NCBI GenBank assembly: GCA_964534375.1
Contig: CAZHPN010000026.1
Location: forward strand, 14,389 to 44,924
From: an uncultured bacterium
GTDB lineage: Bacteria; Lernaellota; Lernaellaia; Lernaellales; Lernaellaceae
Direction: 5' to 3'
DNA: 30,536 bases
Shown here piece after piece: positions 8,564 to 17,945 of the stretch. A program made the position numbers and the translations under genes. The notes under the pieces are model-generated. The model did not search any database. It saw nothing but the letters and a program-made list of their open reading frames with translations, and had not been told where the DNA came from. Numbering within the stretch: position 1 is the stretch's first letter; every line of letters starts with the position of its first letter.

Positions 8564-8901
8564 TGCGCATCTCGCGCGCGCCGCGCCGCGTCGCGGGCCG
8601 CTTCGGCGGTTTCGACCGCGGCCAGCAACGCCTCGATGCTGCCGCGGCGCGCGAGCATGGCGCGAAAATCCGCGTACCCTTGCCAGCCGAAGAGCGCCCG
8701 CACGAGCGGCTCGAAGAACGCCAGACCCTGGCTGCCGATGAAATTCAACGGCCGCACGGTCTCCAGGAAGAGGATCGCCGGCACGGCCAGACCGCGCCGG
8801 CAGACGGCGTCGGCGAAGCGGTCGATCAATTCCTGCTCGCGCGGCCCGGCGACGAACGCCGCGGCCTTTTCCACATGGAACGCGTCGCGCCAGATTCCCA
8901 C
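8560..8901 (-). CDS. Small conserved hypothetical protein
   Basis: GTG start directly after the upstream TAA with GGAGA RBS; RRGLAVPAILFLETVRPLNFIGSQ segment; translationally coupled to both neighbours. Confidence 0.75.
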   Translation of the reverse strand: MGIWRDAFHVEKAAAFVAGPREQELIDRFADAVCRRGLAVPAILFLETVRPLNFIGSQGLAFFEPLVRALFGWQGYADFRAMLARRGSIEALLAAVETAEAARDAARRARDAQ

Positions 8902-9342
8902 TTAGTTCGTTTCTCCACGGCCGCGCCGCAGCCGCTCGTCGACAAAGGCCAGCACCTGCTCGCGATTGCCGGAAAAGCGCAGGTAGAGGCCGCGCAACGT
9001 TTCCAACCGCGACGGAAACGGCGACGGCGACAACAGCACGCCGTGCCGGTCGGCGGTCGCGCGCCGGATCGCCGACCACGGCCGGCGCCGTTCGACGAAC
9101 AAAAAGCGGCGGCTCGCGCCGGCGTCGTCCAGCGCGCAACGCGCCGGCAAAAACCATTCGCGGACCGCGGCCAGCAAAACGATCGCGCCGAACGCGGGCC
9201 ATTGCCAATCGCGGGCGGCGACCCACAACGCCGCGGCGGTCAGCCCGACGAAGAGGGCGACGATCCACGTGCGGCGCGGCTCTTCCCTTACGGGATGGCT
9301 CACCCAGTGCAGCGATTCGGAGCCGTCGGTCGTCGGAGCCAT
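8902..9342 (-). CDS. Small membrane protein (two TM helices plus a soluble C-terminal domain)
   Basis: Hydrophobic segments WIVALFVGLTAAALWVAA and WPAFGAIVLLAAV; first gene of the minus-strand cluster. Confidence 0.75.
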   Translation of the reverse strand: MAPTTDGSESLHWVSHPVREEPRRTWIVALFVGLTAAALWVAARDWQWPAFGAIVLLAAVREWFLPARCALDDAGASRRFLFVERRRPWSAIRRATADRHGVLLSPSPFPSRLETLRGLYLRFSGNREQVLAFVDERLRRGRGETN

Positions 9343-9373
9343 CCGCCCATTTCGTTACGGTTTGAGACGGGTA

Positions 9374-9403
9374 ACCGTAAACCGGGAGCGGCGGAAGTGT
9401 CAA
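9374..9403 (-). promoter_or_regulatory. Candidate sigma70 promoter for the GlmL-like cluster
   Basis: Minus-strand TTGACA (9403-9398), 18 bp spacer, TACGGT (9379-9374). Confidence 0.45.
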
Positions 9404-9441
9404 CGTCTCGCCCGCCGCCGCGAGCCGCCCGCGACAGCGCT

Positions 9442-9470
9442 TTGACAGTTCATCCGAAATTAACTATAAA
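9442..9470 (+). promoter_or_regulatory. Candidate sigma70 promoter for fbp
   Basis: TTGACA (9442-9447), 17 bp spacer, TATAAA (9465-9470). Confidence 0.6.
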
Positions 9471-9530
9471 GAGGCGCCTTTCGGGGCACTCTTTCAATGT
9501 CGCGGCATATTTTTCGGTCTGGGGATTCGT

Positions 9531-10535
9531 ATGGACGAGACGATCACGATCCAACGCCATATCGCGCAAACGCAACGGCGGCACCCGGAAGCGACCGGCG
9601 AGCTGTCCGGTTTGTTGAACGCGATCGCGTTCGCCGGCAAGCTGATTACGCGCGAAGTGCGCAAGGCGGGCCTGGTCGACATCCTCGGGCTGACGGGCCG
9701 CATCAACGTGCAGGGCGAGCAGGTGCAGAAGCTCGATCAGTACGCCCACCACGTGCTGGTGCGCGTGCTCGCGCAGTCCGGCTTCATCTGCGTGCTCGCG
9801 TCCGAAGAAGAAGAAGACGTCATTCACCTGCCGCCGGGCGAGAAGCTCGGCAACTACGCCATCGCTTTCGATCCGCTCGACGGTTCGTCGAACATCGACG
9901 CCAACGTATCGATCGGCACCATCTTCTCGATCTACCGCCGCCGCAGCCCGGCCGGGCCCGGCGCGGTCGACGATCTGCTGCGGCCGGGCCGCGAACAGAT
10001 CGCCGCCGGCTACGTGCTCTACGGCTCCTCGACGATGATTGTCTTCACGACCGGCGACGGCGTGCACGGCTTCACCTACGATCCGACGGTCGGCGAGTTT
10101 TTCTTGTCGCACGATTCGATCCGCATTCCGCAAAAAGGCAACATCTACAGCGTCAACGAAGGCAACTGCGCCAAGTGGACGCCGGCGATCCAGCAGTTCG
10201 TGGCGCACCTGAAAGAGTCCGACGAAGAGACCCACCGGCCCTACGTGGCGCGGTACGTCGGTTCGCTGGTCGCCGATTTTCACCGCACGTTGTTGTACGG
10301 CGGGATCTTCATGTACCCGGCCGAGACGACGCGCCCGCGCGGCAAGCTGCGCATCGTTTACGAGGCCGCCCCGTTGGCCTTTCTCGTCGAGCAGGCCGGC
10401 GGCCGCGCGATCGACGGGTCGGGGCCGATTCGCGAGATTACGCCGCAATCGTTGCACGAGCGGACGCCGTTGTTCGTTGGTTCCGACGAAGATGTGAAGC
10501 AGCTCGAAAGTTACCTGCGCCGGCCGAACGGATAG
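9531..10535 (+). CDS. fbp: Class 1 fructose-1,6-bisphosphatase
   Basis: NVQGEQVQKLD, ASEEEE, FDPLDGSSNID, RYVGSLVADFHRTL, GKLRIVYEA. Confidence 0.97.
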   Translation: MDETITIQRHIAQTQRRHPEATGELSGLLNAIAFAGKLITREVRKAGLVDILGLTGRINVQGEQVQKLDQYAHHVLVRVLAQSGFICVLASEEEEDVIHLPPGEKLGNYAIAFDPLDGSSNIDANVSIGTIFSIYRRRSPAGPGAVDDLLRPGREQIAAGYVLYGSSTMIVFTTGDGVHGFTYDPTVGEFFLSHDSIRIPQKGNIYSVNEGNCAKWTPAIQQFVAHLKESDEETHRPYVARYVGSLVADFHRTLLYGGIFMYPAETTRPRGKLRIVYEAAPLAFLVEQAGGRAIDGSGPIREITPQSLHERTPLFVGSDEDVKQLESYLRRPNG

Positions 10536-10668
10536 CGCGCGGAGCCCGCCCATTGCCGGCGTCTCCGAGAAAGTACAGTGCCGACTGAACAAAGCTTGAC
10601 ACGTTTTCGCAAAGCAAGTAAAAGGGCCGGACAATCGCCCGCAAGATCAGCGCGAAAGGAAAGGGAAT

Positions 10669-11835
10669 ATGAAGCGAAGGTTCCTACACTTCGAGTGCTT
10701 CGTCTTGATCTTCGCCTTGGCCATGTTCTCCGCGAGCGCCTTGGCTGAGGATTCTCAAGACAAAGGCGGCCAGGGGGACGACAACCCGTGGGGAGCTGCC
10801 GCCATCGACCACAAGTTGAATGTGGGCTGGGAGTACCCCTCCGATTACGTCGCCCGCCCCTTGGTCTACAACCGCCGAGTGGTGGAGGTCGACGCGGACT
10901 TCCAGTACAAGTACTCGGACCAATTTTTTGACGACGCCGGGAAGCTCGTCACGGGCGGTTTCAAGGAACGGAAAGAAACCCTCAATCTTTTCCTCGGCGG
11001 CGGCTTTTCCGACAACTGGTCGGTTTCCGTGAACTTCCCGTTGGTCTACATGAAAACGGTCGTCGAGCCGGGCGAACAAAACTACCGGCCGGGCCGCAGC
11101 AATACGTACGGGGCGCTGGGCGAAGAGGCGTTCGTCAACTTCCTGGACCGCTCCGATCCGTGGAAACTGTGGGAAGCGCAGTTGCCCCAGTTGGGCGATG
11201 TCAAGGTCTGGATGGCCTATCAGGTTTTCCGGCGCCTCGATCCGACGAGCAGCATCGTGGTCGAGACGACCATCAAGTTGCCGACCGGCAACGACAACCC
11301 GCGCCGCGGCGCGGAAATCCGGCCGTACGTCACGTCGGGCGAACCCGATTGGTACGGCGGATTGGCGATCAAGCAACAAGCGTGGAAATTCTCGTTTGAA
11401 GCGCACGCCGGTTACAATTGGCGCATGCCGGACGACGCCAAATACGCGCCGGGCAAGATCGACTTGGCCGACCAAGTGCTGGCGAACGGCGAGATCATGC
11501 TGCAGGTGCCCTTGAAGGTCTGGATCATGGACACGTTCGCGATCGGCAGCGGCGTGAGCTACATGGATCGCGTGACATCATCGACGATGCGGGACGACGC
11601 CGGCAAACTGGTCAAGCTGGATGACTACCCGGGTTACACGTTGGACGTCACGCCGAAAGCGATTCTGCAAAGCGGCTCCGATTGGGACATCTATTTCACC
11701 ACCGATATTCCGTTGGCCGGGAAGCGAACCTTCCTGGTCTACTCGCGTTCGTATTACCTGCCACCCACCGATATTGAGGGCAATGAAGGAGTAGGCGTCA
11801 CCTACACCCTTGGCCTCAAAAAGCGTTGGCAGTAG
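10669..11835 (+). CDS. Secreted outer-membrane beta-barrel (MetA-pathway/phenol-degradation 'transporter'-like)
   Basis: Signal peptide ending ASALA-E; LGDVKVWMAY, TIKLPTG, VTSGEPDWYGG pattern; alternating aromatic beta-strands; C-terminal YTLGLKKRWQ. Confidence 0.65.
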   Translation: MKRRFLHFECFVLIFALAMFSASALAEDSQDKGGQGDDNPWGAAAIDHKLNVGWEYPSDYVARPLVYNRRVVEVDADFQYKYSDQFFDDAGKLVTGGFKERKETLNLFLGGGFSDNWSVSVNFPLVYMKTVVEPGEQNYRPGRSNTYGALGEEAFVNFLDRSDPWKLWEAQLPQLGDVKVWMAYQVFRRLDPTSSIVVETTIKLPTGNDNPRRGAEIRPYVTSGEPDWYGGLAIKQQAWKFSFEAHAGYNWRMPDDAKYAPGKIDLADQVLANGEIMLQVPLKVWIMDTFAIGSGVSYMDRVTSSTMRDDAGKLVKLDDYPGYTLDVTPKAILQSGSDWDIYFTTDIPLAGKRTFLVYSRSYYLPPTDIEGNEGVGVTYTLGLKKRWQ

Positions 11836-11880
11836 GAAGGGGGTGGCAAAATGACGAACCTGAACCGCCGTGGAAGTGAG

Positions 11881-14800
11881 ATGACCAAAGCCATGAGCAA
11901 ATATGCCTTTGCCATCGTCGTTGCGTTGTTGTTGGTCGGCTTCGCGGTTGCGACGCCGCGTCCGGCCCACGCCACGTTCCTCTTGTGGGACGAAGGCGTG
12001 AATCACTGGGAAATCCAGTGGAAATACACGGAAACCGACCACTTCATCATCTATTGGTACCCGCAGGAAGAATACACCGCGCGCGCGTTGGTGAAAATTG
12101 CGGAAGAAGTTTACGAAGCGGACACCAAGGTGTGGAACATCGATCTGAAAGACAAGATCGTGGTGACGATCATCGACACCGAGGACTACTCGAACGGCTT
12201 CGCCGCGCACGAATTCAACTGGATCACCATCTGGGCGAGCAATCTCTATTTCGACAGCCGCGGCCGCACCGACTGGCTCTACGACGTGTTCAGCCATGAA
12301 TTCGGCCACATTTGCAGCCTGAAGGTGGGCAACCAATTCCGCGACAATATGCTCGGCGTGTTGGTCGGCGGCATGAAGATCAGCGACAAGTACGCGTTCG
12401 ACGTGGGCGTCGGCGTGATGTTCACGAACGACGCGCTGCCGACTTGGTGGGTCGAAGGCGCTTCGCAATACTCCTCGCTGATGATGGGCGCCGACTTGTA
12501 CGACACCCACCGCGAGATGTTGCTCCGCGCCGCCGTGCTCGACGACAACATGTTGACGATCGACGCGATGGACATCATCGAGAACAAGAACAGCCTCCAG
12601 GCCGAAATGGTGTACAACCAGGGCATGTCGATGAACTCGTTCCTGGGCGAGCAATTCGGCCTCGACGCGCCGGCGCGCATGTGGCAGGAATTCGGCCTCA
12701 GCCACAACATGACCTACAACCCGATCCTGAAGCGGGAATTCGGGTTGTCGCGCGAAGAGTTGTACAACCAGTGGAAAGCGTACGTCACCGACAAGTACAA
12801 CAAGCAGCTCGACGCTGCGTTGAAAATCACCGGCGGCAAGGAAGTCAAAGGCCGCTTCCTGCGGCTGTTCGAAACGGATCCGCCGTTCGGCGAAGAAAAG
12901 GAGCTTTCCAAACTCGATCGCTGGCTCCTGGGCACCACCAACCACTTGGTGAAGATCAGCCCGAAAGGCGATTACCTTTCGTTGATCTCCTCGCACGGCA
13001 CGCAACGGCGCGGCTCCAACTTCTATTACAAGAAACTGAAGCCCGATCCGAACAAGATCAACGACACGCACATCAAGCGGGGCCCGCGGGTTTACGAAGA
13101 AGGCTACAACTGGCATCCGGACGGCAAGAAGATCGTCTACGCCGGAACCGTGAAAGACCCGTGGTTGGGCTATGAATACAGCGATCTCCAGGTGTACGAC
13201 ACCGAGAAGGACTCGCACGAGCAGATCACCTGGCAGTTGCGCGCGATGGAGCCGACCTGGAGCCCCGACGGCAAAAAGATCGCCTTCATTCTGAACGGCG
13301 ACGGCCAACGCAAACTGGCCGTGATGAATTATCCGAAACTCAACGGCTACTACATCTTGATCGATTTCAAGGACGACACGCAACTCGGCACGCCCGTGTG
13401 GAGCCCCGACGGCTCGAAGCTGGCGTTCTTGATGTTCCGCAAGCACCAGCAGGACATCTGGATCATCAACTCCGACGGCACCGGCCTGCGCCCCGTCACC
13501 TACGACAAGAACGACCACCGCGATCCGGCCTGGATGGACAACGAGACGCTCGTGTTCGCCAACGACCGGACCGGCATCTTCAACATCTACTCGATCAACA
13601 TCAACACCCACAAACTGTTCCAGATCACGAACGTCAAGACCGGCGCCTTCATGCCGTGGGTCGCGCCGGACGGCAACAGCATCACCTACAGCTACTTCAC
13701 GAGCTTCGGTTACCGGCCGTACGAAATCAGCAAGAACGAGTGGATGATGCGGCCGGTCGAAGATTTCGAATTCAACGTCACCGACGACGAAATTCGAATC
13801 AATCTCACGACGCAGGAGCCGTTGCCGGAAATCCAGGGCCTCGACTATACGCCGTACCGCGGCTTCGCCGGCCTGTTCCCGATCCTCTACAATCACGCCG
13901 GCACCTGGGTTTGGATCCCGATCGTCAACTATGAATGGGACCGCTTGCAAATGGGCGCCCAGATGATCATGGTCGATGCTGTGGAACGCAACTTCTTCTT
14001 TGCCGAGGCGCTCCTCGGCGAGCAGAGCACGTACGTCCTGTATTACGAGAACTACATGACGCCCGTCACGATCTTTGCGCAGTTCGCGCGCCTTTTCCCG
14101 GTCGACAACTCCAACTTCCAGTACTTCAACTTCGACGTGAAGGCGCAATTCGACGCGAGCTTTTACATGTTGGGCATGCGGTACTTGCTGTTCAACTACA
14201 ACATGTTGGACGTCGAGTACGACTACCAGGACATCCGCGTCGAACAGCCGTTCCAACGCTACACGCAGATGACCGGCCGAACGGTCAAGTTCGAGTGGAC
14301 CCGCGACACCGTCAATCGCCGCGGGAATGACGGCGGCATCAACCCGCACTCCGGATCGTACATCGACGCGTGGTTCGCCTACGGCTCGCCGAAGATGCGC
14401 GAACCGCTCACCGGCGCGCCGTTGGGCACCAACTTGAACGCGATCTACAGCAATCCGAATGTCATGACCGAGCAAGAGGCGCGGACCTACCCGGATGACA
14501 ACTACCTGCTGCCGCAGCGCTATGGCTTCTTCCAAACGCAATTGACCTACCGCGACTACATTCCCTTCCCGTTCTGGGATCTGACGGATTTGAACGACAC
14601 CTGGGCGGGCGTCAAAGGCTGGGATTGGTCCAAGCTGAACTTCGAACAGTGGAAACGCCAGCGCCACACCTTGATCCTCAAGGCGGTCCTCGGCGTCACG
14701 CACTCCGACGTGCCGGAAGGCTACGGCTGGGGCAACAGCTACGGCCGCGTCAATTTCTACGACCGGTTCCATGGCGGCGGCATGTGGGTCACCGCCCTGG

Positions 14801-15237
14801 GCGCGTACTCGGAAAACAACAGCGCCTTCCTCGGCTACGAGAATTACAGCCTCCAGGGCGAAATGGTCGCCATCCTCGGGTTCGACTATCGCTTCCCGAT
14901 CCTGATGGAAATCGACACGGCGTTGTGGGCGTTCCACTTCGACAAGTTGTACATGTCGGTTTTCGGCGACGCCGGCAACTTGTACTCGCATCCCGAGCGG
15001 CGGGCGGATCTGTTCAATCTCGAAAAATGGATGGATAGTTCCAACCAGGGCGCGTTCGATCTGCGCAAGGACGTATTGACCGATCTCGGCGTGGAACTGC
15101 GATTGAGCATGTTCCTGTTCATGAACGAGTGGGACAGCTTCGTCAAACTCGCGCACGGGTTCGAAGATCCGCAGGGCAAGGCGCATCCCGTTCGCGTCTA
15201 TGTCGGCCTTGGCACGGGATTCGACGATCGGTATTAA
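11881..15237 (+). CDS. Secreted protein with a gluzincin (peptidase MA-like) domain, a TolB-like PD40 beta-propeller and a C-terminal Omp85/BamA-like barrel
   Basis: Signal peptide ending PAHA; ETDHFIIY, HEFGH and LPTWWVEGASQY; repeats WHPDGKKIVY, WSPDGKKIAF, WSPDGSKLAF, PDGNSITY; barrel motifs DYRFPI, FGDAGN, LGVELRL; alternative starts at 11851 and 11893. Confidence 0.85.
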   Translation: MTKAMSKYAFAIVVALLLVGFAVATPRPAHATFLLWDEGVNHWEIQWKYTETDHFIIYWYPQEEYTARALVKIAEEVYEADTKVWNIDLKDKIVVTIIDTEDYSNGFAAHEFNWITIWASNLYFDSRGRTDWLYDVFSHEFGHICSLKVGNQFRDNMLGVLVGGMKISDKYAFDVGVGVMFTNDALPTWWVEGASQYSSLMMGADLYDTHREMLLRAAVLDDNMLTIDAMDIIENKNSLQAEMVYNQGMSMNSFLGEQFGLDAPARMWQEFGLSHNMTYNPILKREFGLSREELYNQWKAYVTDKYNKQLDAALKITGGKEVKGRFLRLFETDPPFGEEKELSKLDRWLLGTTNHLVKISPKGDYLSLISSHGTQRRGSNFYYKKLKPDPNKINDTHIKRGPRVYEEGYNWHPDGKKIVYAGTVKDPWLGYEYSDLQVYDTEKDSHEQITWQLRAMEPTWSPDGKKIAFILNGDGQRKLAVMNYPKLNGYYILIDFKDDTQLGTPVWSPDGSKLAFLMFRKHQQDIWIINSDGTGLRPVTYDKNDHRDPAWMDNETLVFANDRTGIFNIYSININTHKLFQITNVKTGAFMPWVAPDGNSITYSYFTSFGYRPYEISKNEWMMRPVEDFEFNVTDDEIRINLTTQEPLPEIQGLDYTPYRGFAGLFPILYNHAGTWVWIPIVNYEWDRLQMGAQMIMVDAVERNFFFAEALLGEQSTYVLYYENYMTPVTIFAQFARLFPVDNSNFQYFNFDVKAQFDASFYMLGMRYLLFNYNMLDVEYDYQDIRVEQPFQRYTQMTGRTVKFEWTRDTVNRRGNDGGINPHSGSYIDAWFAYGSPKMREPLTGAPLGTNLNAIYSNPNVMTEQEARTYPDDNYLLPQRYGFFQTQLTYRDYIPFPFWDLTDLNDTWAGVKGWDWSKLNFEQWKRQRHTLILKAVLGVTHSDVPEGYGWGNSYGRVNFYDRFHGGGMWVTALGAYSENNSAFLGYENYSLQGEMVAILGFDYRFPILMEIDTALWAFHFDKLYMSVFGDAGNLYSHPERRADLFNLEKWMDSSNQGAFDLRKDVLTDLGVELRLSMFLFMNEWDSFVKLAHGFEDPQGKAHPVRVYVGLGTGFDDRY

Positions 15238-15271
15238 CGTGAGGAAAGCAACGATGACGCGGAGGACGATG

Positions 15272-17824
15272 ATGAAAGGCATGACGGCAATCGTCGTGAT
15301 TGCGGTGTTTGTCTCCACCATTTTGCTGGCGGGGTGCATTCAGCTGAAATCTGACTACAAGAGCCAGTTGTTGCCGACCCAGGGCTACGGCGCCTTCAAG
15401 ATGAAGATCGACGATCCCGGCCCGGTCGCGGAAGTGGACGAAGGCGGCGTGGCGACCGGACGCCGCGGATTCTTGTACGACATCGATCAGAGCGGCAACC
15501 CGATTCTGTTCTATCAGATTCAGAAGCTTTCCGCCGGCATCGTGAGTCTGGCGTTCGATTTCACCACGGGTGAGGCCGTCGGCGGCCAGGCCGCGGCGGT
15601 CGTCCTGCCGGTTGCAGGCACGACGGACTACGAAATTCCGTTGCAAAGCCTGACCCAATGGATCAAGGGCGACCAGGCGGTCGGTTACATCAAGTCGTTG
15701 TACGTCGACACGCCCGACGTCCTGGTCTGGAACGACCGGATCTTCGGCGGCGAAGACCAAGCGCCGATGACCGGGCGTCAGCAGGACACAACGTATCAGA
15801 TTGTCTCTTTGGGAACGCTGGACGTGTCCGGCGCCGCGGGCGTGAAAGCCTCCGCCAACCAAAAGGATGCGGCCCCGAAGGCGGCCCAACCGGCTCCCAG
15901 CGCGCCGCCGCTTCGCGCCCCCAATTTGGGCGGCCTCAACGGCAACTGCAATACGTGGATTCCCTACTGCGCGAAGCTGGATCAGTGCGGACATTTCGGC
16001 GCCCAGTGGTCGTCGGTCCAGTGCACGAACACGTTGTTCGCGTACACGAAGAGCCCCGAGGGCCAGACCTACGACACGTGCATCGGCAAGTGCAGTTCCA
16101 ACTCGTCATGCGGCGAGTTCCTGGATTGCCGGAACGCCTGCTGGAACAGCGCCTTCACGGACGTCTACGGCTGCGGCGGCGACTACGGTCCGGCGCCCAA
16201 TGACGTGGTCATGCTTGTGGAGCGCGCCGGAGCGTTGTTCAAAGTGTCGCCGGGATACACCGTGCAAGCGGGCGAAAAGCTCGCCATTGTGATCGATTAC
16301 AAATCCGCCGCGGCCAACTTCGCCGGCGGCACGGTCAACGTCACGGCGGGGTCGCAAACCAAGGCGTTTGCCGTGCCGGCGAATCTCGGACACAGCAGTT
16401 ACGGCGACAAAGTCATGCTCGCCATAACGCTTCAGAGCCCGCTGCCGAAGGGCGATTACGAGTTGACGATTCGTTTGCAAAACGCGCCGCCCTGCAAAAC
16501 TCAGGGCAAGCCATTCCCGGCGAAATTCAGTTCGGCGGGCGTGATCTCGGGCGACAGCACGCCGATCGAAGGCGATGTTCCGTTCTCGCTATACGAGGTG
16601 TACGCGTCGGCGATCGACGTTTTCAACGTCGGACAGGGATTTGTCGATGCCTCGATCTTCCGCTCCAGCGGCCAAAACTTCTTCGATGAACTGGCCAACG
16701 ACCAGGCCGCCATCATGCAGGGCGAAATTTGGACGCTGGCCGGCGTGGACGACTGGACCTTCATGACGTCAACGCAGATGAACTCGGATGTATTCTCCAG
16801 CACGCATGTCACGCACAAGAGCAAATACGATTCGGCGACCGACGTCGAGTCGTCGGCGTTCTATTGCGATCAGCCCATTCCTCCCGGCGCCTTCAGTTTC
16901 TATGGCGACGCAGGTTGGAACATTTATCCGATCGGGCCGTACGGCCAGTTCAACACCACCCAGCCGTTTGTGCACGGCAACTTCGACACCACGCGATTGC
17001 ACATTCCGTTCCAGCCGTTCACGGAGGTCAGTTCGCAATACACGGGGTGCGCGGACACCTGCGAATACTACCTCGATGAAATCTACAGCCCGAGCGTCGG
17101 CGGCACGGCCCCCGGCTTCCCCAATGAAGCGGCGGCGCTGGCGCATTGCCATGCCAACAGCGCCGATCCTTATTGGACGGGTCTGATTGAATGCTACCGT
17201 CTGGCGGAAGGCGGGTTCAATGCTTGCGTTTCGTTGAGCGACTGCCTGAAGACAGTGCCGCCGTTCGGCAACGCCGGCAAGACGCTTTGCGACGCAGCCA
17301 CGTCGATTCCCGCGACCATGGTCGCGACGATTCCGCCCGCGTTCCTGGCTAGCCCGACCTACGGTCCGATGCTCCAGACGCCGGGTCGGGTCAAGATCGG
17401 CATCGCGGGCGAGAAGACGTCCGGCGGTTGGGAACTGGTGCCCGGCTCGTTCGTTGATCTGGACCTGGACGTCACGCGCTACGACTTGTCGTTGCCGTAT
17501 ATGCCGCAAGTTCCCTTGCGCTTCATCCAGAGTGCGTCGGCAAGCGGTCCGACGCAGACGCAACTCTTTCCCGTGATGTACGACACCGTCAACAAGGAAG
17601 TCGTCGGCACCGGCTACTACAATCCGGCGCCGGAATATCCGACCGGTCAATGGTTCTTCCTGTACATCTACACGTACAACTGGACCGATGTGTCGCAGGA
17701 AGGCTGGTCGCTCGGCGTCGTTTCGGGCAACTCGATCTATAACTTCGCCAGTCCGTATAACGAAACCGTCGGCGTTACGTTTGGCGATTTGCGGGCGATT
17801 CAGGGCGGTCAGTTGACGCCGTAA
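15272..17824 (+). CDS. Large Cys-rich lipoprotein, hypothetical
   Basis: GGAGG RBS (15261-15265); signal with LLAG-C lipobox; two Cys-rich modules; Ala/Pro linker; alternative starts at 15254 and 15269. Confidence 0.8.
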   Translation: MKGMTAIVVIAVFVSTILLAGCIQLKSDYKSQLLPTQGYGAFKMKIDDPGPVAEVDEGGVATGRRGFLYDIDQSGNPILFYQIQKLSAGIVSLAFDFTTGEAVGGQAAAVVLPVAGTTDYEIPLQSLTQWIKGDQAVGYIKSLYVDTPDVLVWNDRIFGGEDQAPMTGRQQDTTYQIVSLGTLDVSGAAGVKASANQKDAAPKAAQPAPSAPPLRAPNLGGLNGNCNTWIPYCAKLDQCGHFGAQWSSVQCTNTLFAYTKSPEGQTYDTCIGKCSSNSSCGEFLDCRNACWNSAFTDVYGCGGDYGPAPNDVVMLVERAGALFKVSPGYTVQAGEKLAIVIDYKSAAANFAGGTVNVTAGSQTKAFAVPANLGHSSYGDKVMLAITLQSPLPKGDYELTIRLQNAPPCKTQGKPFPAKFSSAGVISGDSTPIEGDVPFSLYEVYASAIDVFNVGQGFVDASIFRSSGQNFFDELANDQAAIMQGEIWTLAGVDDWTFMTSTQMNSDVFSSTHVTHKSKYDSATDVESSAFYCDQPIPPGAFSFYGDAGWNIYPIGPYGQFNTTQPFVHGNFDTTRLHIPFQPFTEVSSQYTGCADTCEYYLDEIYSPSVGGTAPGFPNEAAALAHCHANSADPYWTGLIECYRLAEGGFNACVSLSDCLKTVPPFGNAGKTLCDAATSIPATMVATIPPAFLASPTYGPMLQTPGRVKIGIAGEKTSGGWELVPGSFVDLDLDVTRYDLSLPYMPQVPLRFIQSASASGPTQTQLFPVMYDTVNKEVVGTGYYNPAPEYPTGQWFFLYIYTYNWTDVSQEGWSLGVVSGNSIYNFASPYNETVGVTFGDLRAIQGGQLTP

Positions 17825-17845
17825 TCGCGAGAATGAACGCGAAAG

Positions 17846-17875
17846 AAGGAGCGGCTTCGGCCGCTCCTTTTTTTT
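17846..17875 (+). terminator. Rho-independent terminator
   Basis: AAGGAGCGGC-TTCG-GCCGCTCCTT perfect 10-bp stem with a cUUCGg loop followed by a T tract, about 20 bp after the lipoprotein stop. Confidence 0.92.
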
Positions 17876-17945
17876 GGGTGGAACGCCGCGCCGCGGTTAT
17901 TCATTAAACTGACGCGGCAGACGCGGGCGAAGGAGGCGGCTCATC

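Noticed and set aside
8564..9403. 886-aa version of the GlmL-like ORF
   Set aside because: The N-terminal extension is Arg-rich off-frame sequence overlapping two better genes; the ATGA-coupled start at 8563 fits better
11578..15339. 1253-aa minus-strand ORF and similar long shadow ORFs (6722-8905, 18104-20593, 5314-6786, 20902-22443)
   Set aside because: Antisense or off-frame shadows of high-GC3 genes with no recognisable motifs
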